Shown: positions 1-21,417 of the stretch, piece after piece
Layout: each line of letters opens with the position of its first letter
Numbering within the stretch: position 1 is the stretch's first letter
DNA from: the human T2T-CHM13v2.0 reference genome, Homo sapiens
Reading direction: 5' to 3' (one strand)
NCBI RefSeq assembly: GCF_009914755.1
Contig: NC_060940.1
Length of the DNA stretch: 64,000 bases
Made by a program: the position numbers and the translations under genes
The notes under the pieces: generated by a model
The model's input: the letters and a program-made list of their open reading frames with translations, nothing else
Database searches by the model: none
Told to the model about the DNA's origin: nothing

Positions 1-241
1 ATCTCAGACTAAAAACTGACTACCTTATATTATAACTTCTACACAGTGCTCTAAGTGGTCCGATGATTGAGTTATATCAAATGCAGGGTTTCAGTTGCAA
101 CATTAATGAAATAGCCTGAGTAAACCTTTCGTGATGACAAGAGCCAGCCACCAATTATCTCATCCCTGGATTGGCATTATTGTAAGCCACAAAGTACCAA
201 GCTTTCCTTGTGCTTAAACTGTTGAGGAAAATGCTTGACTC

Positions 242-541
242 TTTTTTTTTTTTTTTTGAGACAGAGTCTCCCTCTGTCACCTAGGCTGGAGTGCAGTGGC
301 ACGAACATGGCTCACTGAATCCTTGACCTCCTGGGTTCAGGTGAGCCTTTCACCTCAGCCTCCCAAGTAGGTGGAACTACAGGTGCAAGCCACCATACAG
401 GCTAATTTAAAAAATTATTTCTAGATACGAGGTCTTACTATGTTGCCCAGGCTGGTTTTGAACTCCTGGGCTCAAGTGATCCTCCTGCCTCAGCCTCCCA
501 AAGGGTGGGTTTGCAGGCATGAACCACCATGCCTGCCCAGC
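242..541 (-). mobile_element. Alu (AluJ-like)
   Basis: Poly-T followed by an antisense Alu dimer. Confidence 0.9.
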
Positions 542-785
542 CAACTCTTTCTTTGTAACATTTTTATACAAATAAAAACAGCCATGCTATGGCACTTTTA
601 TCCATTAATTCTAGGTCAAGTGACATGCTGGGACTGGAAAGATGAAAATCACTGTGTCACCCTCAAAGGTTTGAGTAAGCAAGCAATTTAGATAGAACAT
701 CCCCTGTGTCACAATAAAGCCCTTTTCGCCAATCAGATTAGCAAAGACTAAAAAACAAACAAAAGACACAATCAATGCTTGTTAG

Positions 786-1425
<640 letters not shown>

Positions 1426-2161
1426 ACTGATTCTTGGGGAAGGCAGCCCCAATTGAGTTGACAACAAAAGTGCCTCCCTAGCCTGGGGCCAGTGAGACCC
1501 CAAATATCACCCCCCTCCCTTCGCTGGGTTTTTCCTGCCCATCTTTACCTGACCATTGGTCACTGGAGGAGCCTCTTAAACCTTCTAACCGGGAACTGCT
1601 CCTGCTATTGTATTTTCACCCACCTACACAATTACTGGACCACAGCATCTCCTACCACGCTCTCACTTCTCACATTGTCAGTACATCCATCCCCAGTCCT
1701 TGCCTGCCAAATTCCCCCATCTGTCATCAACACCCCCCCGCCATAGATTTTCTTTCCCCTTCCATCGACAAAAACCACTTTTCCCTTCTCCCAATGTTAT
1801 TATGCTAGTATTGGTTAACACTGAGCTATTTTCATTTATTTGCTTCATTTGAAATTTTCAAATGCATTCACGCTCCTTGTAAAAATTAAAGTAATTCAGA
1901 AGTACATGAAGTAAAAAGGTGAGAGTCCCTCCTTCGCTCAACTCATCTCAGTCCCCAGAAATAACCACTGATAGTAGTTTTGCTTTCCTGTTTCCAGAAC
2001 TATTTTGCAAAATTCAATTTGGACTAATGGGGTTTTAGTGCTCATATGCATAATTTATAGAATATGGTGGATTAAGAAAATCACATCTCTGGGAATTGGG
2101 CTGATTCAATCAATCTGCATCTTATATGACTTTGCTGCATTTTGACATTGGCCAAACTAGC

Positions 2162-2539
2162 TTTTTTTTTTTTTTTTTTTTGAGATGGAGTTTCACTCTG
2201 TTGCCCAGGCTGGAGTGCAGTGGTGCAATCTCAGCTCACTGAAGCCTCTGCCTCCCAGGTAGAAGCGATTCTCCTGCCTCAGCCTCCCGAGTAGCTGGGA
2301 CTATAGGTGTGCACCATCACATCTGGATTTTTTATATATATATATATATTTGTATTTTTTAGTGGAGATGGGGTTTCACCACGTTGGCAAGGTTGGTCTT
2401 GAACTCCTGACCTCAAGTGATCTGGCTGCCTCGGCCTCCCAAAATGCTGGGATTATAGGCGTGAGCCACCGCCCCTGACCAAAGCCAAACTGTATTTTTT
2501 TTTTTTTGAGACAGAATCTCGCTCTGTCGCCTAAGCTGG
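2162..2539 (-). mobile_element. AluS (2162-2480) plus a tiny 5'-truncated Alu (2495-2539)
   Basis: Antisense Alu with (TA)n in the linker, followed by a second poly-T and ~35 nt of Alu 3' end. Confidence 0.85.
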
Positions 2540-2742
2540 CCAAACTGTTTTTGAGACTTGACTCCTTCTAGGCTTCCTGAGCACCATTCCCTGGCTGCTC
2601 TTTCTCATTTCCTTGGAGGCTTTCTCTTATCTGTTTCTCCCCTAAATGCTGGTATTCCTCAGGGCTCTGTTCTCATCACTCTTGGTGGATTAGGCACAGA
2701 GCAAATCATCCCTTCTTTAGACTTGCAAACTCACGTCTACTA

Positions 2743-3497
<755 letters not shown>

Positions 3498-4597
3498 CAA
3501 AAATACTTTTAAATGAGTGTTTTCTTTCACTTAACTTTATATCTGTGAAGTTCATGCATGTCATTGTGTGGAGTGTTTGTGCACTTTCACTGTTCTATGG
3601 TATTCCATTGTGTGAATAAATGACAATTAAAAAAACTCATTCTCCCGTTGAAGGATACTTGCATTGTTTCCAATGTTTGGCTTTTATAAACAATGCTGTC
3701 TGCAGAACTGTTTGGATAAGAGATTTTGTGATTGATGGGGAAGCGAGCAGATTTGCAGTGATGGAGCGATGGGGAAAAGGTGGTCCTGTGCAGAATCCAC
3801 CTCACCTGGGGCACCCCCAGAACTGGTCACCTTGTTGGCACTGGGGGATGGTACCTCAAAACCAGCATAGGCATCCTCAAAAGAGACACTCTCAGCTGTG
3901 GCTAGTTTATGTGGCTTCCTGCACCTCAATCTGAAGCCAGAGAGAGAAAGAACTTGGCAATTTTTGTGTTTTTAGATTGCAGTGGAAAACTGGTGTGTGA
4001 GTGCATATGAGGTTGCTTTTTGAAAGTAGGAATGGGGTGCAGGTGGGAGGCTCAGAGGCATTGTAATTCAGGAATACGTGTAAATGTTCCATATATGAAT
4101 CCACTGGAAACAATAATCCACAGGCCTGCTGACTAGTGGGGAAGGGTCTGGGCCACCTGGGGTGGGTGGGAATGTTTCTCACTGGGTCTGGCCTGAGCAG
4201 TGACAGGTTTTTGTTGGTGTTGCTGCAGTAGAAGGGCTTGCTTCTTTCCCATTGGCTAACTCTAAAGTAGCTGTTACTCACCAAAATGGTGTTGGAATGA
4301 GATACTCATGATCTGTGCAGATAAGCAATGACTAATGGTGCTTTTGCAAGTTCTGGAGTCCCTCCCTTGGGGAGGGAACTAGACTTGGAACCAGACTACG
4401 GGTTGGCAAAATTAAGCATAATTTCTTTCTGTACGTGCTCCACTTCAGCAGAGATCATCCCGGAAGTTTCCTAGTATCCTGACTTCACAGATCACATGAT
4501 GTGATCAACATTGATTGAATACTTATTATGTATCAGGCACTGGTTGAAGCACCTTAATATACATTTAAAACTCAAACATCACTATGAGTGGGGCAAT

Positions 4598-5470
4598 GTG
4601 TATCAGTTAGCTTTTGCTGTATAACAAACCTTCCCAAGTTTTAGTGTCTTAAAACAGCAGACATCATTTTATTTTTATTGAGATAGAGTCTTGCTCTGTT
4701 GCCCAGGCTGGAGTGCAGTGGTGTGAACATGGCTCACCGCAGCCTCAACCTCCTGCATTCAAGTGATCCTCCTGCTTCAGCCTCCTGAGTAGCTGGGACC
4801 ACAAACCCGTGCCACCATGGCCAGATAATTGTTAAATTTTTGTAGATACAGCGTCCCACTATGTTGCCCAGGCTGTCTTGAACTCCCGGGCTCAAGTGAT
4901 CTCCTGCCTCAGCCTCCCAAAGTGCTGGGCTTTCAGGCATGAGCCTCTGTGCCTGGCATTGTTTTATCTTTTATTGAATTTTTTTTTAAGAGACGGGGTC
5001 TTGCTATGTTGCCCTGGCTGGTCTTAAATTCCTGGGCCCAAGCGATCCTCCCTCCCCAGCTTCCTGAGTAGTTGAGACTATAAGCATAGCCACTGCAACT
5101 GACTAAGCAATAGACATTATTTCTCACAGTTCTGTGAATTTTCTGGGAGTTTATTCTGATTTGGGCTAGCTTGGCTGCAACTGAATGGCCTAGGATAGTC
5201 TCGCTCACGTATCTGGCAATTGCCTCAATGTCAGCTGGGGCGACAGCCATGTGTCTGTCAGTATCAGCCCACACTGGTTCACATGATGGTAGGAAAGTTC
5301 TCAGCAGCAAGAGAGTAAATCCTAATGTGCAAGAAGGCTTCCAGCCTCTGCTTGCATCACATTGGTTAATGTCCCATTGGTCAAAGCAAGTCACATGACT
5401 AAGACCAGCTTATACATAGAGGTGACCTTCTCAAGATATGGATGTGGGGAGGGGGTGGATTATGGTAGTC
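4598..5470 (-). mobile_element. MLT1 (MaLR) LTR interrupted by Alus at 4667-4957 and 4979-5100
   Basis: tgtatcagttagcttttgctgtataacaaacc ... ttatttctcacagttctg, a typical MLT1 terminus. Confidence 0.65.
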
Positions 5471-6739
5471 ATCTTATAAACAACCAGCTGCGTACTCTTA
5501 TTATCCTCATTTTACTGATGATGGTTAGATAAGTTAAGAATCTTGTTACAGGTCACACAGCTGCTATAAGGTAGAGCTCAGCCTCAACTTTAGGTCTATA
5601 TGGTGATGAAGTCTGTGCCTTAAGTCCTGTGCTATTTGTATTGCTTCCTTCCTCAGACCTGGACTGTTGTGTCTCAGCCCAGGGAAGAGGAGAGATGAGA
5701 CACTTAACTAGCCTCCTCCAGGGACCACTGATCATAGAGCCTAGCCATTGCTTGTGCAGCCAGCTGGACTTAGCAACCCCTGCAATGCTGAAGAGAGTAA
5801 TTCTCATGAGTCTAACAATTCCGCCATTGCACTGGATTCTGTACCTTCAGATTAGTATTGGAGATCTATTACGTAGACCGTAGGAAATAGATGGAAAGGA
5901 TAAAGGATGGCAGCAGAAATAGGGCCCCACATTTGCTTCATGGGCAATCATCAAGCATCTACTGTGTCTGGGCTAGATTGTGGTTATTCAGGCAAAGTGC
6001 AGGAAGGGGAACAGTTGCTCTCTAAAGTACATTTTCAACAAGGGAACATGTTGACTGAGGGACATTAAAGACTGAGATGAAAGGCACTTAGATGCAGAAG
6101 CTGCAAGACAGTAAGACCTTGAGATTTGTAGGGAAGAGCAGAGGAGAGAAGACATTTCTTAATAATAACCAGCTGCTTTACCAGTGCTGGTGCAGACACT
6201 ACCCCCTCTCACCAGGTGGTTATAGAAACTGCACCTTCTTCTATCCAATTTCAAGCCCACCATCTCTTAAATTTAAGGTCTCCAAAAGAACAGTTTTTGA
6301 TGACACTGGGAAGAGGGTGAGCAGGCAGATTTGGGGTGGGAATTGAAGGAATCAAATCCCAAACTCCATTTTAGATTTGCAATCAAGCTGAAACTCTCAG
6401 CACCCCCAGAGTATGCCTTTAAAAGGAAAAAAAAAAGGCTATTTGTAAGAAAAAAAGACCAAGGTTTGCATCTGAATGGAGTGCCAATCAGCACTCATTA
6501 GTGGGAACACAATGCGGCCCCATTAGCACGAAAGGAGCTTTGGCAATTGCTCATTAGCTTTGTAGATTCAAATAATTATTTTAAGGGATGCTTCGGTGTT
6601 TGATGAGATCCAGCAGTGTCAATGATATGCCACTTTTCTCCCCAAAGAAAGGGAATGTTCCCAGGAGTAATTGTACTCTCTTATCCCCCTCCCTTCTCAC
6701 TCACACCTCAATGCTTCTCTATATACTCCCGGGGGTACA

Positions 6740-7649
<910 letters not shown>

Positions 7650-8229
7650 CTTTGATGAAAATTTCAAAGATCAGAACTCTGTCCAAGGGGCTGGAAAATT
7701 GGGGTGGGCACAACTTTTTTTTTTTTTTTGGCTGGAAGGAACATTCTGGAGGATAAGGTGGGTCACAGGGGACCTATGAAGGGGAACTTCTTAGGCCTAA
7801 TTCTGCTGTAGGCATTAAAGGAGTGCTCCTAGAGCAGTGCTTGACACAGGGTAAGAGCTCAATAAGACAATGGTTAAAAGCCCAGGTGTTAAAATAGATG
7901 GATTTAGGCTCAAGTTCCATCATTCTCAGAGATCTGCCCTTTCACCAAACTTCTAGGGTGATTCTTATGCACATTATTGTTTGAGAACTGCTGAGACAGA
8001 CAGTACTATTTCTGATAATTAATGCTGGTCCTCTGGAGCTTGTATTTGGGGAGGAAGAAGGATGAATCCCACTGTGAGGTCCACTTCTGTGGTTAGAATG
8101 TGGCAAAAACTTGGTTTCCTCTTCCTCTTTCCCAATAAAACCTCCATTTATTTTTTGCTGTCTACTGTCCTCCACGTGGTCATGTTCTTTACAGGAAGCG
8201 GTCTCTGACCTCAAGAAGTTAATAGTAAT

Positions 8230-8670
8230 TGGTCTAAACCAACCATGTTTTCCTATTTCCCTTGCTTAGTGATAGGCTCAGCATGGGCACATGAAATAAT
8301 TCTGGTCAATGAGACACGAGTGGGGAGTGTATTGGAGTTTCTGGCAAAGGTCTTCCTTAAAGATTGAAAGGAGATTGATTGAAAGAGGGAAGAAACAGCC
8401 CCTTTATGAAAGAGGGAAGAAACAGCCCCTTTACTGTCTCTGGTTATTTGAGAACATGCTGGCTGGAGCTTGGGCAGCCATCTTGTGCCCATGACGGGGG
8501 CTGATTTAGGTCAAGGATAACAGTGGAAATCCACAAAGAAGTGGGCCTTTACTAATGTAATTGAGCTGTCAAATCAATCAACCATGAAGCTTCCCCATTT
8601 TATTATGTGAGATAATAACATTTCTTCAGTGTGTAAGGTCAGATCAGTTGCAGGCTCTGTTTCTTGCTCT
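8230..8670 (+). mobile_element. Old ERVL/MaLR LTR fragment (LTR33/MLT1-like)
   Basis: gggcacatg...ctggtcaatgagaca motif and a 3' tctgtttcttgc end. Confidence 0.4.
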
Positions 8671-8819
8671 GAAAGTTTTCCAGAGAGGAGGGATGGAGAT
8701 GTATACTGAGAAGGCCTGAAGAAGGAGGGACTGAATAGAGGGAGAAGCCTGAGAATGGCTAGGAACTGGAGTGCATCTTTAAGGAGAGGCCCTATGAGTG
8801 GCCCAGACTTTACTGCAGC

Positions 8820-9360
<541 letters not shown>

Positions 9361-9365
9361 GAGAC

Positions 9366-10380
<1,015 letters not shown>

Positions 10381-10381
10381 A

Positions 10382-10770
10382 GCTAAGTGTGGTGGCTTAT
10401 GCCTGTAATCCCAGTACTTTGGGAGGCTGAGGTAGCCAGATTGCTTGAGCCCAGGAGTTTGAGACCAGCCTGGGCAACATGGTGAAACCTTGTCTCTGCA
10501 AAGAAAATACAAAAATTAGCCAGGTGTGGTGGGGGCATGCCTGTAGCTCACTGTAGCCTCGAATTCCTGGACTCAAGTGATCCTCCTGCCTCAGCCTCCT
10601 GAGTAGCTAGGACTGTGATGTGTGCTACCATACTTGACTATTTTTTTTTTTCTTTTTGTACAGATGAGGGTCTTTGTGTATTTCCCAGGCTGGTCTTAAA
10701 CTCCTGTCCCCAAGTGATCCTCGGCCTCCCAAAGTGCTGGGATTACAGGTATAGGCCAGCATGCCCAGCC
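10382..10770. mobile_element. Two oppositely oriented Alus fused tail-to-tail
   Basis: Sense Alu 10382-10546 joined at 'tag' to antisense Alu 10544-10770. Confidence 0.85.
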
Positions 10771-10794
10771 TAACCCATTTTAGACAACCAATAA

Positions 10795-11112
<318 letters not shown>

Positions 11113-11967
11113 TAATAAATTTTAATAGCCAGCTCCACTTCTCTAGGAGAATGTCTCTTTGCCCATTGCTGGACATTTCAGCCTGTACAGTGTGCCCCTT
11201 GGTCTGAAGAAATGACAGTTAGCTGCCCAAATCCATGTACTATTTTTGATCCTGTTTTTAAATGGCATCGTGAATAGTTGCATCTTCCATTGGGTAAGCA
11301 AGGCCCAGTGCAGAGTCAGTGTCTATTATTGTCAAGACCCACTTGTGGTCCCCCAGGGCTACCAGTGTCGGTCTCACTTGCCAGCTACGTTCAGGGCCTT
11401 CCCACCAAGGAATCTTTTCCATAGCCCTCAGCAGCTTCTGTCTCTCTTGCTGACAAACAGAACAGTCTCACTGGCATTTTGTACCTCAGAGGGCACAAGA
11501 AGAACCTGTCTAGATTCAGCCCGTCTCTGCACTGCTGCAGGGCCCTGTCTCATAGACCCAGCTGGCCCCCACAAGGGAGCAAATGGGGATATCTGCTTGT
11601 CGATTCCAATCACCTTCCAAACCCGGAAGGAGGTTCTTCTGATGGGCAGCCCATGTCTTACTTTAATGTACTCTCACACTTCCATAGGGCTGTCCCCTAT
11701 AAGGGCATCTCTTTAATAGGCCAGGTTTCCATGCCCTCCTGCCTGAGTATGGTTAGGTCTCTGACCACTGCCCATGAGTTAGTAAAAACCCAAACACAAA
11801 GACTTTTTATTACTGTTCAATCTTTCCATCACTGCTAGGAAACCACCATGCAATTCAGCCCACTGAGCTGATTTGCTTTTACCGTCTTTGATCAGAGTGG
11901 CATCTTTCCAAATAAGATGTTGTCTATTCATCTTGGAACTTGGAACTGTCACCCATACTCCATGCAG

Positions 11968-12293
<326 letters not shown>

Positions 12294-12594
12294 TGAGAAC
12301 TGTTTGTAGGGCACTATCCAAGTGACAATAGAATCCAGCAACGCCTCCCACAATTCCAAAGTCTATCTGAGGGGAAAAGAGGCTCTCTGCGTGTATTTCT
12401 TCCTCGCATTCCCCAGGTAGAATGATCCGCTAAACCATTTCCATTTCATCATGGATCTCTGCTGCACAGTGTCACACTCATTACAGTGTTTCTCTGATGT
12501 CACTCCAGTCATCGAGGGTGTTTTCCACCTTCCTGGGATGAATCCTTTGACTTTCTTGTCTGCATTTCCCCATTCTCTTATTAATTAATCTGAT

Positions 12595-12896
12595 TTTTGT
12601 TATTGTTGTTGTTGAGACTGAGTCTCTCTCTGTCACCCAGCCTGGAGTGCAGTGTGATCTCAGCTGACTGCAACCTCTGCCTCCCAGGTTCAAGCGATTT
12701 TCCTGCATCAGCCTCCTGAGTAGTGGGACTACAGGCATGTGCCACCAAGCCCTGCTAAGTTTTCTTTGTATTTTTAGTAGAGACGGGGTTTCACCATGTT
12801 GGCCAGGCTGGTCTTGAACTCCTGACCTCAAATGATTTGCCCACCTAGGCCTCCCAAAGTGCTGGGATTACAGGCATAAGCCACCATGACTGGCCC
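12595..12896 (-). mobile_element. AluS
   Basis: Antisense dimer. Confidence 0.9.
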
Positions 12897-13167
12897 AGAA
12901 AACATGATAAGGCTTCTTGAACTACCTTTTGATTTTGCAGCAGCAAGGTTATACAGGGCATCCACATTACAGGGGTGCCCTTAACCACAGCATTTACTAT
13001 GACCTTGGCAATGAGCACATTCAGCTGGTGAATATCGCGATTCTCATAAAGCCAGGCCCACATGACTTGCATATGAAACACATCAGCTGCTTCTTCCGAG
13101 ATGCACTACTGGATATTTATAGGAGGAGACAGAGTCCCCCTTCTCAGGGAGAACAGATCTTACAGTG

Positions 13168-13468
13168 GCTTTTTTTTTTCTTTTTGAGATAGGGTCTCAC
13201 TCTGTCACCAAAGCTGGTTGCAGTGGCGTGATCTTGGCATACTGTAACCTCCGCCTCCTAGGCTCAAGTGATCCTTGCACTTCAGCCTCCCAAATAGCTT
13301 GGACTTCAGGTGCACACTACCATGCCTGGTTAATTTTCTTTTTCTTTTGGAAGGGATGGAGTCTGGCCACGTTGCCCAGGCTGGTCTCAAACTCCTGATC
13401 TCAAGCAATCCACCCACCTCTGCCTCCCGAAGTGCTGGGAGTACAGGCATGAGGCACAATATCCAGCC
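13168..13468 (-). mobile_element. Alu
   Basis: Antisense dimer with TSD agtggctttt. Confidence 0.9.
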
Positions 13469-13625
13469 TATAGTGGCTTTTATCCAGTCCCCCAGGCTGG
13501 CTGTTCTCTTGGGAATAACCACCTGTGTGTCTGCCTCCCATATAACCATTTGTGATTATTTTGTAGTGAGCTGTGGGTCAACCCAAACGTGCTCTTTCAC
13601 TGTAGTATTTAAAACTAAAGACATA

Positions 13626-13868
13626 GGCCGGGTGCGGTGGCTCATGTCTGTAATCCCAGCACTTTGGGATGGTGAGGTGGGTGGATCACTTGAGGCCAGG
13701 ACCAGCCTGGCCAACATGGCAAAACCCTGTCTCTACTAAAAATGCAAAAATTACCCGGGCGTGGTGGTGGGCGCCTGTAAACTCAGCTACTCGGAAGGCT
13801 GAGGCACGGGAATCGTTTGATCCAGGAGGTAGAGGTGGCAGTGAGCTGAGATCGTGCCACTGTACTCT
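13626..13868 (+). mobile_element. AluS, 3'-truncated
   Basis: Sense Alu with no tail, fused to an LTR fragment. Confidence 0.88.
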
Positions 13869-14086
13869 AAGTATTCTAAGGATTTTAAGAGTTGTATGCC
13901 AGGAAATGAGGTCCAAAACCAAATATAATTTTACAATATCACAAGTTGTTTCCAATGGTTGCTTATTAAGAGTAGAGCTGTGATAAACATTCATGTAGAG
14001 GTTTTTGTATGAATATAAATTTTTATTTCTCTGGGATGAATATTCAAGAGTGCAATTGCTAGGTTATATAGTAGTTGCATGTTCAG

Positions 14087-15185
<1,099 letters not shown>

Positions 15186-15911
15186 GCATGGATACCAAAA
15201 TTGGGGGATCTCCATTACTTCTGGGCGAGAGGGGGATTTCTTGCTCCCCACTAGGCCTCATGGATACCTTCCTAGAAAGGGCAGGAATGGCTCCATACTG
15301 CTTCCCACATGGCTTTTACTGACATCATGGACCAGGGGTCGGGTGGGGAGATAGGAGAATAGAGGGTTGGGGGGATAGGAAGTTGGGGGATGGGGGGGTT
15401 TCTTCTCATGACTGCTGGGAGGCCATAAAAATCCTAACTTTCCACTAGACCTACTATGACCCCACCCAGCAGAGAGGGAGACCTTGCTACTGACTTGTGG
15501 AGATAAAAGGCCCAGTTCCCTACCTGCCCTTCTCTGACACCACTTCTAGACATCTCATTACAGCCTAGGGAGTGTGGAATTCTAGACTATTCACTCAGCT
15601 TTGCTGCATGGCTGTGGGTGCATTCAGTTTTTTTTTTTTTTCCTCCCCTGTGGCATTTCCTGGAGAAGAGTTATTATCATTTAAAAGTTTTCTGTCTTGC
15701 TAGGCTGCCTCTGCCTGCTCCCTTAGCTACAGAGAACACTTTTGGAAGAGCATATTTATCTGCACCTCTTGGCATTTCTGGGTTGCTGGCTTCTCCAGCT
15801 CCAAGTCTAGGCTATATCAGGCAAAAAGAAAACCCAGAGAACTCAACAATATGTCATTCCTTGAGTCCCGAGGTTCTTAACTGGCCTCTCTTCTCTCTGC
15901 CTCTCAGAGCC

Positions 15912-16700
<789 letters not shown>

Positions 16701-17383
16701 ATTGATTCAGGGAGGGAGGAGTTTATGATGCAGGGAAATAGCTGCTAATAAATTAATTACAGAGTGGATGTAACACAAACTGATGTTTCTCAAGTATTTC
16801 AAAGGAAGATGATTCTTGAAAGGGAAGGAGGGAAGCTGGAACTAGGGTTTTGGATCATAAACACTGAATAAATTATATGTTTTCACAATAATAGACGTGA
16901 GCCAGCAATCCAGGGTGGGAAGGGAGATTGGAGTGAAAGAAGCCACTTGAGTTCTCTCTGGCCTTAAGGGCCTGGAACTGGGAGTTATTTCTAGTGAAAG
17001 CTCCCATTTGAGAGGGCCCTGAGGAGCTACCCCTGGGAGAACTCTGTCTTAGCAGCAGTCACAAGAGATGCAAAAATGTGGTCAGGGGCTAAAGAAAGAT
17101 GGACGCTCTTCAGGATTCAGTAAACTACCGAGGGAAGCAAAGGATGCTTCTTGATTTCCAACAATAAGGACGTTTTTGATCTCAAATAATAACTCAAGAA
17201 GTAGACAGCTATGGGTTAGTTTGGAGAATACCTAGACCACCAGGAACATCAAGGTTGTGTGACCGGTTGCCTGCCATCCACATGGAAAATCCAGCTTGGG
17301 AAATGGACTCTGTCTCTCAGTCTCTCACATTCACTCAATACAAGTGCTCCTGGGTCAAAGAAAGAAAAGAGGCTCTGGAACAT

Positions 17384-18011
17384 GGCTGGGCGCAGTGGCT
17401 CACGCATGTAGTCCCAGCATTTTGGGAGGCCGAGGCAGGTGGGTCATTTGAGGACAGGAGTTCGAGACTAGCCTGACCAACATGGTGAAACCCTGTCTCT
17501 ATTAAAAATACAAAAAATTGGTAAGACGTGGTGGCACATGCCTGTAGTCCCAGCTACTTGGGAGGCTGAGGCAGGAGAATCGCTGGAACCTGAGATGTGG
17601 AGGTTGCAGTGAGCCAAGAGAGTGGGTGCCATTGCACTCCAGCCTGGGCGACAGAGTGAGACTCTGTCTAAAAAAAAGAGAGACACTCTGGAACATTCTG
17701 GAAAGGGGATATTTAAAAGATTATTATTATTTTAGAGACAGGGCCTTGGTCTGTCTTCCAGGCTGGAGTGCAATCATAGCTTACTGCAGCCTTGAACTCT
17801 TGGGTTCAAGCAATTCTCAACCTTCCAAGTAACTGTGACTACAGATGTACCCCATCACAGTGGATTAATTTTTTTTTTTTTTTTTTTTTTGGGTAGAGAC
17901 AGGGTCTTGCTGTGTTGCTTAGGCTGGTCTTGAACTCCTGAGTTCAAGCAATTCTCCTGCCTCAGTTTCCCGAAGTGTTGGTATTACAGGTGTGAGCCAC
18001 TGTGTGTGACC
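17384..18011. mobile_element. Sense AluS (17384-17678) and antisense AluJ (17725-18011)
   Basis: The first has TSD ctctggaacat. Confidence 0.9.
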
Positions 18012-18383
18012 TTAACAGTTTAAAATAGAGTTGGAAGAACTAGAGGAAAGAAGGAAATGTTGGGAAAGGTGTAGTGGCTCGAGGGATGATCCTTGCAGAT
18101 TTGAAAACGTTGCTTCTCAGAAGTGATATCTCTGGAAATGAGGATTTCTGTAAAGTGGGAGGGTAATTGTTCACCAGGATACGAAATATTTCTAAAGGGG
18201 AAATAATGTCACATTTAATCTTTTTTTCCTTCCAATAATAATTTTCTCTCATTGTAAAAGTAGGGCATGTCCTTAAAGAAAATGTAGAAAGTACAAGTAC
18301 AAGAAAAAAAAGAAGAAAAATAAATCGCTCATATTTCTGCTACACTAACAAAGCCGCTTCCTTTGTTGATTATGTTTATTTTA

Positions 18384-18757
<374 letters not shown>

Positions 18758-19198
18758 TTATATTGTGAACAGTTTTGCTTATTATTATTACAGACTTTTG
18801 GCCAATATCATTTTTAATGCCGCTTACTAATATATGAAGTGCATGTACTATAATTTCCTGAATAAATCTTTTCCATTAGTTGGACAATTAGGTTGTTTCC
18901 AGTTTCTCTCTACTAAAATTGATGTTTCAGTGAAAATTGCCATGAGAATGCCCACCGTCACCACTCACCAAGCACTTATTGTGCTGCGTGGCTTCCATTC
19001 CACATTTATTTCATCCTCACAACAACCCAATGAGGCAGACGTTATTGTGGTTTATTTCCTTTTCTTTTTATTAAATTATGAAAATAAAATGTGTCTCTGT
19101 AAAAGCAATTCAAGCAGAACCAAAGGGGCCTAAGGGGAAAGACCAAGCCCTTCCTCCCCTTTCCCTCCAATCTCACCGCTGCAATTCCCCAGAGATAA

Positions 19199-19645
<447 letters not shown>

Positions 19646-19744
19646 TCAAATGTCTTTCTATGTCAGAAAATTTCAATCCTATGAGCTGGCTATAATTATT
19701 TTCATTTTACACTTGACTAAATGAAGGCTTAGGAGGTGAAAGAC

Positions 19745-20670
<926 letters not shown>

Positions 20671-20911
20671 TGTCAAAGTTTCAAAACTCGTAGGTAGCAG
20701 AGCTGGAATTTGAACTCAGGTAGGTGTGACCCTAAGGCCAATGCATTTAAACGAACAGGATCTATCTATTTTCTTTTTTGAGCGAACCCCTGTATATAGT
20801 GCTTAGCCTGTGCCAGGCTCTAGGCTAAGCATTGGCATGTATCTCTCTGAAACTGGCATTTCGCCTTCTGGGCAGTGCAGTAATTTCCTCCTTGAGGTTG
20901 TCTGGTGGCTT

Positions 20912-20925
20912 CCACCAGGGGGCAG
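20912..20925 (+). promoter_or_regulatory. Candidate CTCF site
   Basis: CCACCAGGGGGCAG, a close match to the CTCF core consensus. Confidence 0.55.
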
Positions 20926-20957
20926 ACCTGGGCTTTCGTGCACAGGCAGGAAAATAA

Positions 20958-21417
<460 letters not shown>

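Noticed and set aside
17090-17340. Coding-looking stretch as a possible processed pseudogene
   Set aside because: Stops in all plus frames, no recognisable protein, and no poly-A or TSD.
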